From: Octopus bimaculoides
Lineage: Eukaryota
Direction of reading: 5' to 3'
Assembly (NCBI RefSeq): GCF_001194135.2
Contig: NC_068989.1
Coordinates: 25,663,414 to 25,727,413, forward strand
DNA length: 64,000 nucleotides
Shown here one piece after another: positions 12,305 to 25,229 of the stretch (the stretch's first letter is position 1; the number at the start of each line of letters is the position of its first letter). Made by a program: the position numbers and the translations under genes. A model generated the notes under the pieces. That model was not told the origin of the DNA, searched no databases, and worked only from the letters and a program-made list of their open reading frames with translations.

Positions 12305-12990
12305 GGGTGCAGGAGTGGCTGAGTGGTAAGTAGGTGCATGAGTGGTTGTGTAGTAAGTAGCTTGCTTACCAACCACATGGTTCCGGGTACAGTCTCACTG
12401 TGTGGCACCTTGGGCAAGTGTCTTCTACTATAGCCTCGGGCCGACCAAAGCCTTGTGAGTGGATTTGGTAGACGGAAACTGAAAGAAGCCCGTCGTATAT
12501 GTATGTATATATATATACATGTGTGTGTGTGTGTTTGTGTGTGTGTGTTTGTGTGTGTGTGTTTGTGTGTGTGTGTTTGTNNNNNNNNNNNNNNNNNNNN
12601 NNNNNNNNNNNNNNNNNNNNNNNNNNNNNNNNNNNNNNNNNNNNNNNNNNNNNNNNNNNNNNNNNNNNNNNNNGTGTGCTTGTGTGTGTGTGTTTGTGTG
12701 TGTATGTGTGTGTTTGTGTGTGTGTGTTTGTGTGTGTGGGTGTGTGTATGTGTGTGCGTGTATGTATGTGTGTGTATATGTTTGTGTCGGTCTTTGTCCC
12801 TCCAACATCACTTGACAACCGATGCTGGTGTGTTTACGTCCCCGTAACCTAGCGGTTCGGCAAAAGAGACGATAGAATAAGTACTAGGCTTCCAAAGAAT
12901 AAATCCTAGGGTCGATTTTCTCGACTAAATGCGGTGCTCCAGCATGGCCGCAGTCAAATGAATGAAACAAGTAAAAGAGTAAAAGAGTAA
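12305..12990 (+). mobile_element. Full-length tRNA-derived octopus-type SINE with internal (GT)-rich microsatellite
   Basis: Pol III A-box-like tggctgagtggtaag and B-box-like ggttccgggt.cagtc. Body and (taaaagag)n tail are shared with copies at 31285-32250, 43385-43772 and 60149-60240. Confidence 0.9.
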
Positions 12991-13364
12991 ATAGTAAATG
13001 CCCTTCATACTCAATTATATTAATTGTCAGATAATTCATTTGGAAATTTTTATTTTAATGTATTGCTTGAAGAGGGAGCCATATACAATGCCTTTCACGG
13101 CTTCCGGTAAAGATAAACAACGAGTATGAAAAATAAAGAGAAACTACGACACATCATTTACAGATTGACTCATGATTTTCCTGATATTCGCTAATGATTT
13201 CTTTTGGTAGCGTATATCTATGTTATGTCATTAGTTTGATGGGACTTGTTTTCCAATCGTTGTTAAATTGTTTATTCTTTATTTTAATGTGTATATTTCA
13301 TAAATATACACATTAGTTATTTACTCTTTATTTCACAGCTTTGATAACGAGTGGTAAATACAAT

Positions 13365-14361
13365 TGCAATTAGAATCCTTTTATGCAACCCTTCGAGAAA
13401 TGGAATGAATGAAAGGGCAGCGGCGAAAGGAATTAATGATATGCAAAGAGTCCAGGTAACATCACCGAATGTATAGGACAAAACTGATTCAGGAGTTAAA
13501 AGGAAGATGACATCAGATACAAAGAAAAGCCAAGGTCAGGGAGACCTTTTCTTGTAGAAAACGAAGCTTTGCTTCAAACGGTTAAATAATAGCTTCGGGT
13601 ACTGTAGGCAGAATTTGGCAGTTCGCAAAGCACCATGACTCGACACCTCCATATGTATTCTTTTTTGAACAGACGCTGACAGGAAGCTTCTCATGAATAG
13701 ACTAATGACCAGGCTCAACGATATGTGAACATTTGGAAACAACTGCTAGCAAATCTTCGCGATGTTCGTTTATGGCTTCAGAAACTGTTGTCAAACAAGG
13801 GCGGTTTGAACAGAAGCTCATGTGTGTTTGGTGAAATTTCGAGGAGTGTTACACTTTGAGCTTATCCCAGTTGTGTATGTTGTGAATGTTAACCTTTTTG
13901 CTTCACAACAACAGTGAGTATATGATGATTGGAAAGCTTGCTACACAGCATTTGTAAATCGAAGACGTTTACTCTTCCCGCAAGATAATAGATCAGTACC
14001 CATGAGACTATGTGGAAAATCGAGGAACTTGAAACGCTGGAAGTGCTGTCTTCCCCTGCCCACAGTTCAATCCCTTGTGCCATCTGATTGCCATCTTTTT
14101 CGCGCCGTAGTGCATCTCCTGAACGGACGGAAGTTTAACAATGCGGTTAAATATGAGGTTAAAAACAGAGGCAGAGAGTTTTATGCTTGTAAATCAGGAA
14201 AATAATGTGAGCGTGGAACTGAGGTGTCAGCACAACGATGGCAACTGAAAATGAAATATGATGGCATATATTTTGAGGGATAAACGTCATTCTTATGTGA
14301 TTTGTTTCAACTATTAATTAAAGATTAAAATACGAAAACAAACTTTTGACTAGACCTAGTA
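13365..14361 (+). mobile_element. mariner (Tc1/mariner) transposon, decayed
   Basis: KPRSGRP HTH linker, STMTRHL, SLVPSDCHLFRAV (YSPDLAPSDYHLF), G.YFE C-terminus. A 3' TIR-like caaacttttgactagacctagTA lies at 14339-14361. Confidence 0.85.
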
Positions 14362-14738
14362 CAGTGCATTTGGTGTAACTTCTCATAGTTTCCATTTAAT
14401 AAAAAGAACGGACATGACTTGAGCACTTCCTATATTACTGTTCAAGCACGTCTTCAAATTTTGGCTTACTTTGCTACATAATAATAGAAAAATGATACCC
14501 TTAATCCTGTTTAAATTTCAATAGTTTTTTTAACTAAGGTCAGGAAAAGGAGGTAAAATGTCTGCCGATAGAATGTATCGTATACTTTAGAACAGACATT
14601 CTAACTAATTTAACCCCGACAAATTGATTATAAAACTTGTAGTACGCAAATCATTTCAACGTGTTTAAGGAATGTTTTCGTTTATTCTTAGCTGTTCATA
14701 CTAGTAGGCGAGATTGTGTACGTGGTCGGTGGAACCAC

Positions 14739-15185
14739 TCATAAACTGTACATACAATCATAAGATGACATTGTTGCTCGAACATAAGTGGAGTACTGCA
14801 GGTGTCTTCTTATTCTTACGACATGTACAGAAATCATTTGAAGAACACTAGTATTGAATTTCTTGTTCATATACAATGGTGAATTATACATATCTATATA
14901 GAACATGACAGACACGGCAGCCTTTTCCTTTGCAAGTTTCGTGCCGTCGACAGTGATATTTTTAAGTGCAACTTGTTTACATATGCGCATAATGTTGGAT
15001 CTCGTTTCAAACTTTGGCGATATATGATTCTTGTGAGAAAACATAGGGCAGGGTTTTGTGTGGCCGTCTGCAAGTTTAGGTACTGTTTATTTAACCAGTA
15101 TCTTGCTCTCCCTAGCTGACCCATGAGATACAAGGATTATTAAGATTATTAAAGTTATAGGCACTATATTGATTCATGACATCAT
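14739..15185 (-). pseudogene. Possible decayed ORF for a secreted or glycosylated protein, unidentified
   Basis: A 149-codon frame with 2 internal stops, a hydrophobic N-terminus (INIVPITLIILIILVSHGSA) and purine-rich first codon positions. No family recognised. Confidence 0.25.
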
Positions 15186-18100
15186 TGTACGTTCACACAC
15201 AGGTGAGCCTGCTGGACTCACGCTTAGGAGTGAAAAATCTTCCCTTTTTGATATGTCTAACTCACAGGAACATTTCTGCTATTTGTCCCATGATCAAAAT
15301 TATACCATATCAAAGCATAGTGGACTTGTGTTGTGTGATGACTCAGTCAACATTTGTTGACTTAGGTGTAACTATATATTCCCTATCAAACCCCAGCAAA
15401 CCTGAAGGTGCAATACTGGATGCAATTTATATTTTATGTTGGAGGGAGAGTCATACGGTATTTAAACAACATGCATGGGATTAAAACGGAAGCTGCTTGT
15501 ATGTAAGATGAAATATTTAACCACACAACCAAATATCAGTTAAATGTGGAAATCTTTCTTTGACTGTAAGCTGTATGTGACATTTGCTAAATGCAACTGG
15601 ATATGAAGTGAAGTTAACTCCCAAAGCTGATGGCAATATTGCTTTAATAAAGGAGATCTTTCTTCTTCACTTCTAACATTTTATAAAATCTTAGCATCAT
15701 TCCAGTAAGTAAAATGAAAGCTTAAATTTTTGTATACGCCTTATTTTTATCAACACCCGTCTCAAATTTGTTCATATTTAAACGTCATCACAAAATATTC
15801 AGGAAAATGAATAAAGATGCAAATCGTGGACCTAGGCATCAACATGATAACTTTCACATTAATGGCCATAATCTTATTCCTTTTACAACTATAATCATAT
15901 GTATTTCGTTTGTAACATTATTTTTAATATGCCTATAAATAATCATCCAGTATTTCCAGTAAATATTTAAAATTATTGTATAAATTATTTCGGCTATCAA
16001 TATTCAATTCATCGCAGATGCAGTTCTCAAATGAATCCTGCCGGCCACAAGGCTCCATTACCTTTGAAGTTAAGGAGATCAAAGTTTGGAAAACTTTTTT
16101 GTATTTTTTGTGCATCTTTTACAAACAACTGTCTCTTTTCATATACACACGCTTTTTATTTGCATGTCACTGTAAAGTAGAAGACGAGAGGATACTTGGA
16201 CTACGAGTAATGTTATCAAGCTTTAGAGTATAAGTATAACGTCTACAGGATACAGATACAATTAAGACGGTTTTCACGCAAGAAGAACAGGCTATTTTAG
16301 AGATGCTTTTGTTTAGGCATTAACTCATTACTGATATGAGAAATAAATCATTCATAAATATATATATATATATAAATAAATATTTATCAAATATATGTAA
16401 TTACGTTCCTGCCGATCCAAGAAGGGATATATCTACATATGTTAATTTGCATTTGAAATATATATTTTGCAAAGAAACCTGAACTCTATTTATTATCTTC
16501 TTCCAGAGTGAAAATATATTGATAGTCTTACTTCGTAATAGTTCGATAGTCCACCCATGTTTTATGCATGGCCAACATTTCATTTCTACCTTGTTAACTT
16601 GCCCACTCTGTCTAATTCCATGTAAAGTTTTGCCTTATTACTGTAACATTCAGTGTCCTAACAAAATCCAATAGCATTGTATTAAGACATCGAATGTAGT
16701 TGCAAATGATGAAAGCAGTAATAACATTACAGCGACTCATTAGTTAAGAAATGTTGACAAGGTATTGTTGAACCATCAGTCCTGTTACTGATCTTTCAAC
16801 CAACGACATTTCTCTGCTAAAAGCGATTTCTGATAAGCAACGTTTGCTAAAGCTTCAAAATAGGGATGAAACCTTTTGGTGGGTACTGCATCGCACAATA
16901 TAGTGGCTTAACCATTAAGGTACACAGTTAATGAATCCATAACGGAATTGTAATGCCAAAGACAAAAGCTAAAAATAAACTTGTAATCCCTAATCCCATG
17001 AAAAAGAGAGGTTCAAATAACCTCGCTCATTTTAAATACAAACGTATTGAAAAGTTGACTGTTCACAAATTGCCTAAAATATTTTAAAAATTGAAATAAA
17101 GCAATCATTTGAATTTTGACCTAATGGTTCTATATGTAATTATATTTGGTCTCAATATAAAAGCTGCATATAGCAGTGAATGTTTCATACGAACGGCGAA
17201 TGTGAATGGGCTTAGATGTGATAGTGAAAATAATGCAAGATTGACGAGTTTCAGTGCAACAAAATGAAAATAAAGCAAGAAAGGTAAGCAGAGAAAAGAT
17301 AAAGTGGAAAAGAATGAAAGATCTTGATGACTGTCGATTTCTAGTGCTAGTGCGATAAATAATGATGATGCAGAAATTCATATGGTGTTGAAGAATATCA
17401 GAAAGCATTCTAAAATGTAACTTAATGGGCTCTGAGCCGTAGAAAAAACAGAAGACGAATTTCGGATGAAATGTGTGAAATTCATGTTCGTCCAATAAAG
17501 GTACAAAAACTTTCTGTAAACCATCTGAATAAGATCACTAACATGAAAAAAAAAAAAAAGAAAAAAGAATAGCTAGCTATTGCGGTCAACAAAGAGATGA
17601 ACAAGAGATAAAAAAAGTTTTGAAGATAGAAGCATTTCTGGACATTAAATGATTTAAAGGTACACAAGAGCCTACTCATGTTTGTTATTGATAGGAAAAA
17701 ATCAAACATAGACATCCAAGAAAGACAAAACAAATATTTTCACACATTCATATGCGAAGCGTTTAATCGGAAAATGTTCTGATAATACTTGAAACACAAC
17801 AGGAGCTGGAAATGACTATACTTTAAATACATGTTGAAGAAAAAGCAAGTCATTCAATAGTTAACATTATGCAAAAAGGCTCATGAAAGAGAAGGATTGT
17901 AGAGAAATGCAGGAGATAAGAACGTAACTGCAAGATATAAGCTACATCACAGCATATGCAACATTCAAAAGAAAATATATACCATTGGTTCAAATATGGA
18001 TGTTGATAGGCTTACAATCGTCCAATCAGAAATTTGATCACATTAATTCATTGCGACGTGATATTATACCTACAACGATATATAATGACTTTCATGAGAA

Positions 18101-20388
18101 AGGTATCGGAAAAAAAATAATTATAGACAAAACCAATTTTTTGAATTCATGCACATCAACAAAAATACTGGTGGAAAATTCTCACCAAAACGTCAAGGAA
18201 ATACAAATATAACAAATTTGATATGGATATTTAGAAGATAAAATATATCAAGTTGCTTTTAAGATTAACTTCCCTGTAGATGAGGTCATTTCTTAAAAAA
18301 ATCAAGATGCAGAATATCCACGGCTTTGGAGACTAGAGCCACCATACCATAAATATAAATTCATATTTATACCAATAACCATTGGTATATACATTCGTTA
18401 CATTTGTAAATGCTAACGTGACAATCCGGGACGCACATTACCGATACATTCTATAAATACAATAGACAGAAAGGTAAGAATATAGAGAAAGCAATCTATT
18501 TTCTTCTACATAAACAGAAAATTTACGATTCAGAAATTAGTTTGATAAGTATAACGTACAAATATCTCGACTTTTGTGTCACTATTAAAGTTTACAACCA
18601 CATAATAGAAAATGAATCAATAGACAATGAAAATAAAAAGACATCGGATGAGAGATACACACCCTATTGGCAGATAAATTTTTTCGCAAATTATAGTGTG
18701 GCTTACAATGCGCTGCTTACCCATGTTTTTTAATTGAACTGAATTGTAACTGTTTGATAAAAAGAGAAGGATTCCATTAAAAGTAGACTTGATAAAATAT
18801 TGTATAGAATTTGACAAGTGTTTTCAACATCTTTTAATGATGGCAGGTGAATCAAACGTACTGTAGCTCGTCGTAGGATATAAATAATATGACCACTTGC
18901 TTCTCGGGAAATTTGTAAGTTCGATTTGTTTAATTTTTCAATTAAACTCCGTTGAAATTAAAATGTCAGCTCATAAATAAACAAAACGAATCCATCACCG
19001 TACACCTCCTCCACACACACAAAGTGGAATATGGATGTATGTCTGTACCCACACGCATCTATGTCCATAGGTAATCTATAATCTATACACGCGCAGACGA
19101 AGGTCGATATATATATANNNNNNNNNNNNNNNNNNNNNNNNNNNNNNNNNNNNNNNNNNNNNNNNNNNNNNNNNNNNNNNNNNNNNNNNNNNNNNNNNNN
19201 NNNNNNNNNNNNNNNNNNNNNNNNNNNNNNNNNNNNNNNNNNNNNNNNNNNNNNNNNNNNNNNNNNNNNNNNNNNNNNNNNNNNNNNNNTACTTGATAAT
19301 TGCAAGCACCTGTATATAAAACAGAACACAAAGGATTCCGCGGTACACGTGTTTCAAGCTTTATACACAAACAGTAGTTGCATCATTATGGGTATATAAT
19401 TGATAGACAGGATGGTATAAAGCTATCTTCAGCCGCAAATATATTCTTTCCCAAGAATTATATCACAAAGAAGAAATCACAAAGAAAAAAGAAAAAGAAA
19501 GAGAAACAAGAGAGAGAAAAAGGGGGAGTCCGCTTGGTATTATCCATTGTTCTATCCATTGTAATATACATTGTACTATGTTTATCCTTTAAGTTGATGC
19601 ATTTACATAAAAGTTCATCGGTATTCCAAAATCTGTCCATATCGTGCCACAATTCAGGGTAGAGTGAATGATAAATAAACATAACTAGCGTATATGAGAC
19701 AGAAGGAGAATGTCCAAACAAGAAAGAAGTTGGAGGTTAAAATAATATAAAATACGAAGAAAACAATATAAAATACACAAATATTATAGGGATCTTATTT
19801 CTTCATAGGTTGTAGTGTGTTGGGTGTATGTGCTCGTGTTCCATTCTAGTTTCCTATTCTAGCTCTCCTATGCTAAGGTGCTCTGTACCCTACGTACGTC
19901 GTTGTTTTGTTACTGCACCGTCTCTCTGTACATCTTATACTAAAGACTACATTCCTAGCTTTACAGTTTGTTTGTAGGCTAACTCTACATACAATACAGA
20001 TCCTACCAGTACAGGGAGTTCTACTAAAATGGTAGGTTCTAGCGATTGGGGATTTGATAGGGTTACCTGGCCTTTCTACAATCTTAATACTTATTCCGAT
20101 CGTTTATCCGACACAGGCTCTCTGTAGTCTCATTGTAATATTATTTTTTAACACCTTTTTGATGTTTTATTCCTCTTTTCAATTGTAGAGAATGGTAATA
20201 CGTAACTGGATTAATTTAACTTAATTATTATTTTGGTTATTATTATAATTTCTTAAATGTTGGGATTATTATGCGAAATGATCGTATGGATTAAAACTTT
20301 ATAAAAAACCTTTAACCACTTCTCTTCTCCATTTTTTAACTGTTAGTTAAATCTATACAGGATCATATCCTATAAATGCTTATTACAC

Positions 20389-20425
<37 letters not shown>

Positions 20426-20769
20426 NNNNNNNNNNGATCAGAAATCTCAAATATATTATCTGTATTAAATACATCGAAAACAAAATAGGTAGATATGTAT
20501 ACATGCAAAAGGGGACAAAGTGCAAGGGAGACATTTCAATCGTATTGATAAGCTACGTACAAAGTTATGTTGAGTGCTGCATTTTAAGGTGCTTTCTGCC
20601 GTGGCACGCTTTATTGCTGGTGTACGAAAATGTCCATTTAAGGTAATGAAACAAGGCATTATCGTTATATTATCATTTTATTGTAATAATGAAACACGAT
20701 ACCGAAGAATAGCAGCAAAAGATATCAAACAAACACATTTAAATTGTTGGTGCTTTACTGTATTTGTCT

Positions 20770-21800
20770 ATGTAATTTCTTTGTTTATAAATGACATCAA
20801 CATTTTTTTTTCCACAGAAGCTGTTAGCGGACTAGTCTGAGATGTTATTGTTATCAGCAACTGTTTTGAATTTTTTTTCTCACAGGGCATCCTTCGACGA
20901 AAACTGGATGCACCCTTCATACACTTTTCTCTTCGAGATCTACCAGAGTTGTTTGATAGAGTTTTGGTTAGCAGTACAGGGAAGCGAAGTCATGAGCGAT
21001 TGGCCTGTCATTCCCAAAGTTGTGTGGTACGAAATTGTAGCCTTGGCTGAATGCGAGGATCCTTGTCATGTATAACAATCAATCACCATCGATGTGAGAG
21101 TGGCTGACCATCTAACCATGCTACAAAATGCTCATCTAGAAACACGGTATAGGAGTTGCTGGTGAGTGTGACAACGTGTGGCACTCGGAAACGCCCGACA
21201 AACTCATTTCCTATGATTCTCGCCCAAAACATGACACCACTACGAGAGGCTCGAAGAAGTATCCAAACTTTGGCCCATCCATCGTGGCCATCAAGAGTAA
21301 CTCGGGCCCCATCTGCGAAGAGGACATTTTGGAAATTGATCTTCATGTACTTCCGTGCCCAACGATTACGGTGCTCTTTATGGTTCCTGCTTATGATGGG
21401 TCTAGCGATGCACTTAACACTTCTGGTCGTTTCTTTAAGGATCCTATACCAGGTGCTTCTGGACAAAGGAGCAGCCTCAACACTTTCAAATATGGCAGTA
21501 CTTGCGCTACCGAGGTCTTTTCTTACTTGAATACTTATTTTACAGATGTTACGCTGGAATACATTTCTCGTACCTTTATCTTGCCTTGGTTGGGTGATGG
21601 GATTTTCCACATACGCCTTCAATGTTCTTGTATCCCGCCAGACTCTTAGGCTAATTCTCCCACAGATAAGGCTTCTGCGAGACCTGCAACAATCTGTGTC
21701 TTCTCCGTAGCTGTCAGACGTCGTTTAAGGGGCATTTCCGTACACCTGAAATAAAGCGTAACACAGTTGAAAGCACTTCAAAATACATAACTCAATGTAA
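20770..21800 (-). mobile_element. Tc1-like DD(34)E transposase, decayed
   Basis: ORF 21083-21622: HKEHRNRWARKYMKINFQNVLFADGARVTLDGHDGW...GVMFWARIIG...YTVFL. Downstream are HD.AP.HSAKAT-like and W..LKRKVY-like remnants. N-terminus is MPLKRRLTATEK. Confidence 0.9.
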
Positions 21801-22309
21801 CTTTGTATTTAGCTGATCAATACAACTGAAATGTTCACTGCGTACGTACCTACCTGGGATCTTTTAGTGGACCAAGTTTCACGTTTCTACAATGAGAAAT
21901 ATTCAAAACATCAAACAAACTTTACCCGCAATAAAGCGTGATACACATTTCATACATACATACATACACACATACATACATACATATATGTATATATNNN
22001 NNNNNNNNNNNNNNNNNNNNNNNNNNNNNNNNNNNNNNNNNNNNNNNNNNNNNNNNNNNNNNNNNNNNNNNNNNNNNNNNNNNNNNNNNNNNNNNNNNNN
22101 NNNNNNNNNNNNNNNNNNNNNNNNNNNNNNNNNNNNNNNNNNNNNNNNNNNNNNNNNNNNNNNNNNNNNNNNNNNNNNNNNNNNNNNNNNNNNNNNNNNN
22201 NNNNNNNNNNNNNNNNNNNNNNNNNNNNNNNNNNNNNNNNNNNNNNNNNNNNNNNNNNNNNNNNNNNNNNNNNNNNNNNNNNNNNNNNNNNNNNNNNNNN
22301 NNNNNNNNN

Positions 22310-22520
22310 CACAAAAGAAACCGGAATATTGCAATATTACTGTATTCACTTAATTTCGCATGTTTACAATTTTATTGCGTTCAAAGTATTCTCCATTTGA
22401 AGCAATGAATCTGTCCAGATGCACTTTCCACTGTTCTATGTAGTCCTGGAACTCTGGCGAAATAATGCCTTTTAACACCTCCATCGTTTTTTTTTCTTCA
22501 CATCTTCCACATCTGCTAAA
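22310..22520 (-). mobile_element. mariner 3' fragment (same family as 40268-41207)
   Basis: IEQWKVHLDRFIASNGEYFE, with subterminal sequence matching 41060-41200. Confidence 0.75.
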
Positions 22521-24394
22521 CGTTTTTTCTTTAAGGACTTTTTTCGTTCGGGGGAGAAAAAAAATCATGATTACATGTTTGTCCATTGATATATTCGTAA
22601 ATAAATATCAATTGTTTATGATATATCCTTCGTAATGTATTGTCACATTCCAGTTTAATAATTTAATTTTTCCACTCTTCTGGTGTATCGCCGTGGCTCG
22701 ATTTAGCGGTCTTTTCTTATAAACGCTGTGCATGACATTGGAATTCAGAATTTATATGTGTAGATACAGGGCGACACATTATTCTTGCCGGTCGGGTCAC
22801 ATGTAAGCCCCAAGGCATGTTTTTCGTGTTAATTTGTATCTACAAGAATATTCTACTGAAAAGAAGAATGAAACCATTTGGTTCCCTACTTCGAAACTGC
22901 AATTAACCTTTCATTTTTAAGTTTTGAAATTTAAGTCATGTCGTCCACCGACAGCTTTATTGTGAAGAAACAGAATATTGCTCTTTATAGTGGATTTATA
23001 GTGGTTTTGACTGTTATTTCTAGGCAGGTAACGGCTTTTGCAACCCTCTACATCATTATTGTGATTTCTTCTTAATTATACACACCTCTTTTATGAAATT
23101 TATGGTTACATGTTTGGCCATTGATGTATTCCTAAATAATTATGATTTGTTTATAATATATGCTTTGTAATATATTTCTACAGTCATCTTTATATATATA
23201 TATATATATNNNNNNNNNNNNNNNNNNNNNNNNNNNNNNNNNNNNNNNNNNNNNNNNNNNNNNNNNNNNNNNNNNNNNNNNNNNNNNNNNNNNNNNNNNN
23301 NNNNNNNNNNNNNNNNNNNNNNNNNNNNNNNNNNNNNNNNNNNNNNNNNNNNNNNNNNNNNNNNNNNNNNNNNNNNNNNNNNNNNNNNNNNNNNNNNNNN
23401 NNNNNNNNNNNNNNNNNNNNNNNNNNNNNNNNNNNNTGTGTGTGCGTGTGCGTGCGTGCGTGCGTGCGTGCGTGTGATATAAATATATATCTTTCCTGAA
23501 AGTGTCTGACTATATATCTCGTTCTCTCTTACACTTTCTCCCTCATTTTCTGCATGATTTTACGCTGGCAGTGTTTAAAACATACGATGTCTTTGTTTAA
23601 TAAAATTATGTCAGTTGTGTGACAGATTTCTGTACAATAAGTGCAATAAAGAAAACCAATCACGACATACGTATATGACTGACAAAATAGCCTCAGGTTC
23701 ATGACGCAGCATTCCAATGACTGAAAAAACGTAAAAGGGTAAAAAATTATTTTTTAAGCTATATAGTGTTGATCTCACACTATATGCTCTTCTCTAAACA
23801 TTTCTACTACAAAACATTATAAAACGTACAAGATTTAAAATAAGATAGTGAATATTTTCTTTCTACTGAAGCTTCTATGGTTTTTCAAGAAAAAAACTAT
23901 TTAAAATCTTTAAAGAGTTTAATATATTCGAATTTTACATGTATAAAAGTCTGCTTTCGAAGAAACTGGGAAACGATTATCTATATGTCGTGAATTTATA
24001 ACTAGACTAACGAGTTATACTTGTAACTGCATAGAGTTAATATGCCCTTGCTACGTAAATAAAATCACAACATTCCTTACAAAAGAAAATACAGAAAACA
24101 CACACCCAATTAATTATAAAATGAGGAAACAGAGAGAACACGAAGTGCGAAAAGCCTAGATATTTCGACTCTTTAATGTATTTTTATATATAATTGGCAT
24201 AAAATACCGCATACATACATACATACATACATACACACACACATACATACATACATTCATTCATTCATACATACATATAAAAGTAGAACATGGAATGGAC
24301 AGGCTTTAATCACATCCCCAGAATTGTTTCTGTGTATCGGTAACAGTTGTTAATTGCTGGGTTTTCCATATTCCGTATCATAGTATTATATAAA

Positions 24395-24590
24395 TATTGA
24401 TTTCAAATGTTGGCACAATGCCAACGATTTGGGTGTTAGGGTAAAGTCGATAATATCGAACTCAGGACTCAACTGGTACTTTTTTATCGACCGTCGATCT
24501 CGGCAGAATTTGAATTCAGCTCGTGAAGACGGACGAAATGCCGCTAAAATGTTTTGCTCGCGGTGCTAACGATTCTACTATTTCACTAAC
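24395..24590 (-). mobile_element. SINE (gctggcagaatcgttagca-type family)
   Basis: Close similarity to 29460-29672 and 815-915. Confidence 0.75.
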
Positions 24591-25229
24591 TTACTGTTAT
24601 ATAAATATTATAAAAGCTAATATGACCCAGCAGTAATTGTGTACCCGCTCCTCGTCAGGTCAGTGGCTTTGAGAGCACGAATGAAACACGTCCAGTTTCC
24701 TATTGTTTTATACCTGTATTTCATTTTTAGCATTTCCCCAATAAAGTGTATCACATAGACACGAATAGACATATGTCATAAAAACACTAAACAATTTACC
24801 AAAATATAAATAAACCAAACTTAATCATTGGAAATAAAAATCAAAAGTATGAATATAAATTAGCCAAACCTAAAATTCGGTCTTTTTTGTAGCGTAAATA
24901 TGTCTCACTTTTATGAAGATAGATTAACACTAAGATGTTATGATATAGACTAGATGTATTCGTTACCTCTTTTGTCTCTAAATGTTTTTCTTTAAAGGAC
25001 CTGTTATCATCTTATCATCCCAGCAGGATACCAACTTCTCTGTCATCCGCTCGTAAGTCTTAATTTCAGATGTCCTATTCACATCACAGCTGCTTACACA
25101 TTCATTAACAGATTCTATCCCACGGGAAAGGGTTTATTGGTCTACACTCGCATAACACACATATACATATTAACTTGGTATGTACACAGATATAATTATA
25201 TCTAAACATGCAAACACATGAGGTGGTAT

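Noticed and set aside
13334-13348. 15-nt AG/GT-bounded micro-exon (FDNEW)
   Set aside because: Lies at the start of the mariner ORF and is better explained as transposon 5' sequence.
17200-18880. A-rich stretches with coding-like peptides
   Set aside because: Frequent stops in all frames and no recognisable motif or consistent splice structure.
19811-19950. TGTAG...CTACA bounded segment resembling a solo LTR
   Set aside because: Only 140 bp, no target-site duplication and no second copy.
20589-20642. FLPWH resemblance to the tyrosinase/hemocyanin CuA motif
   Set aside because: Spacing to the E.AL motif is off, and no other copper-binding histidines or CuB exon were found.
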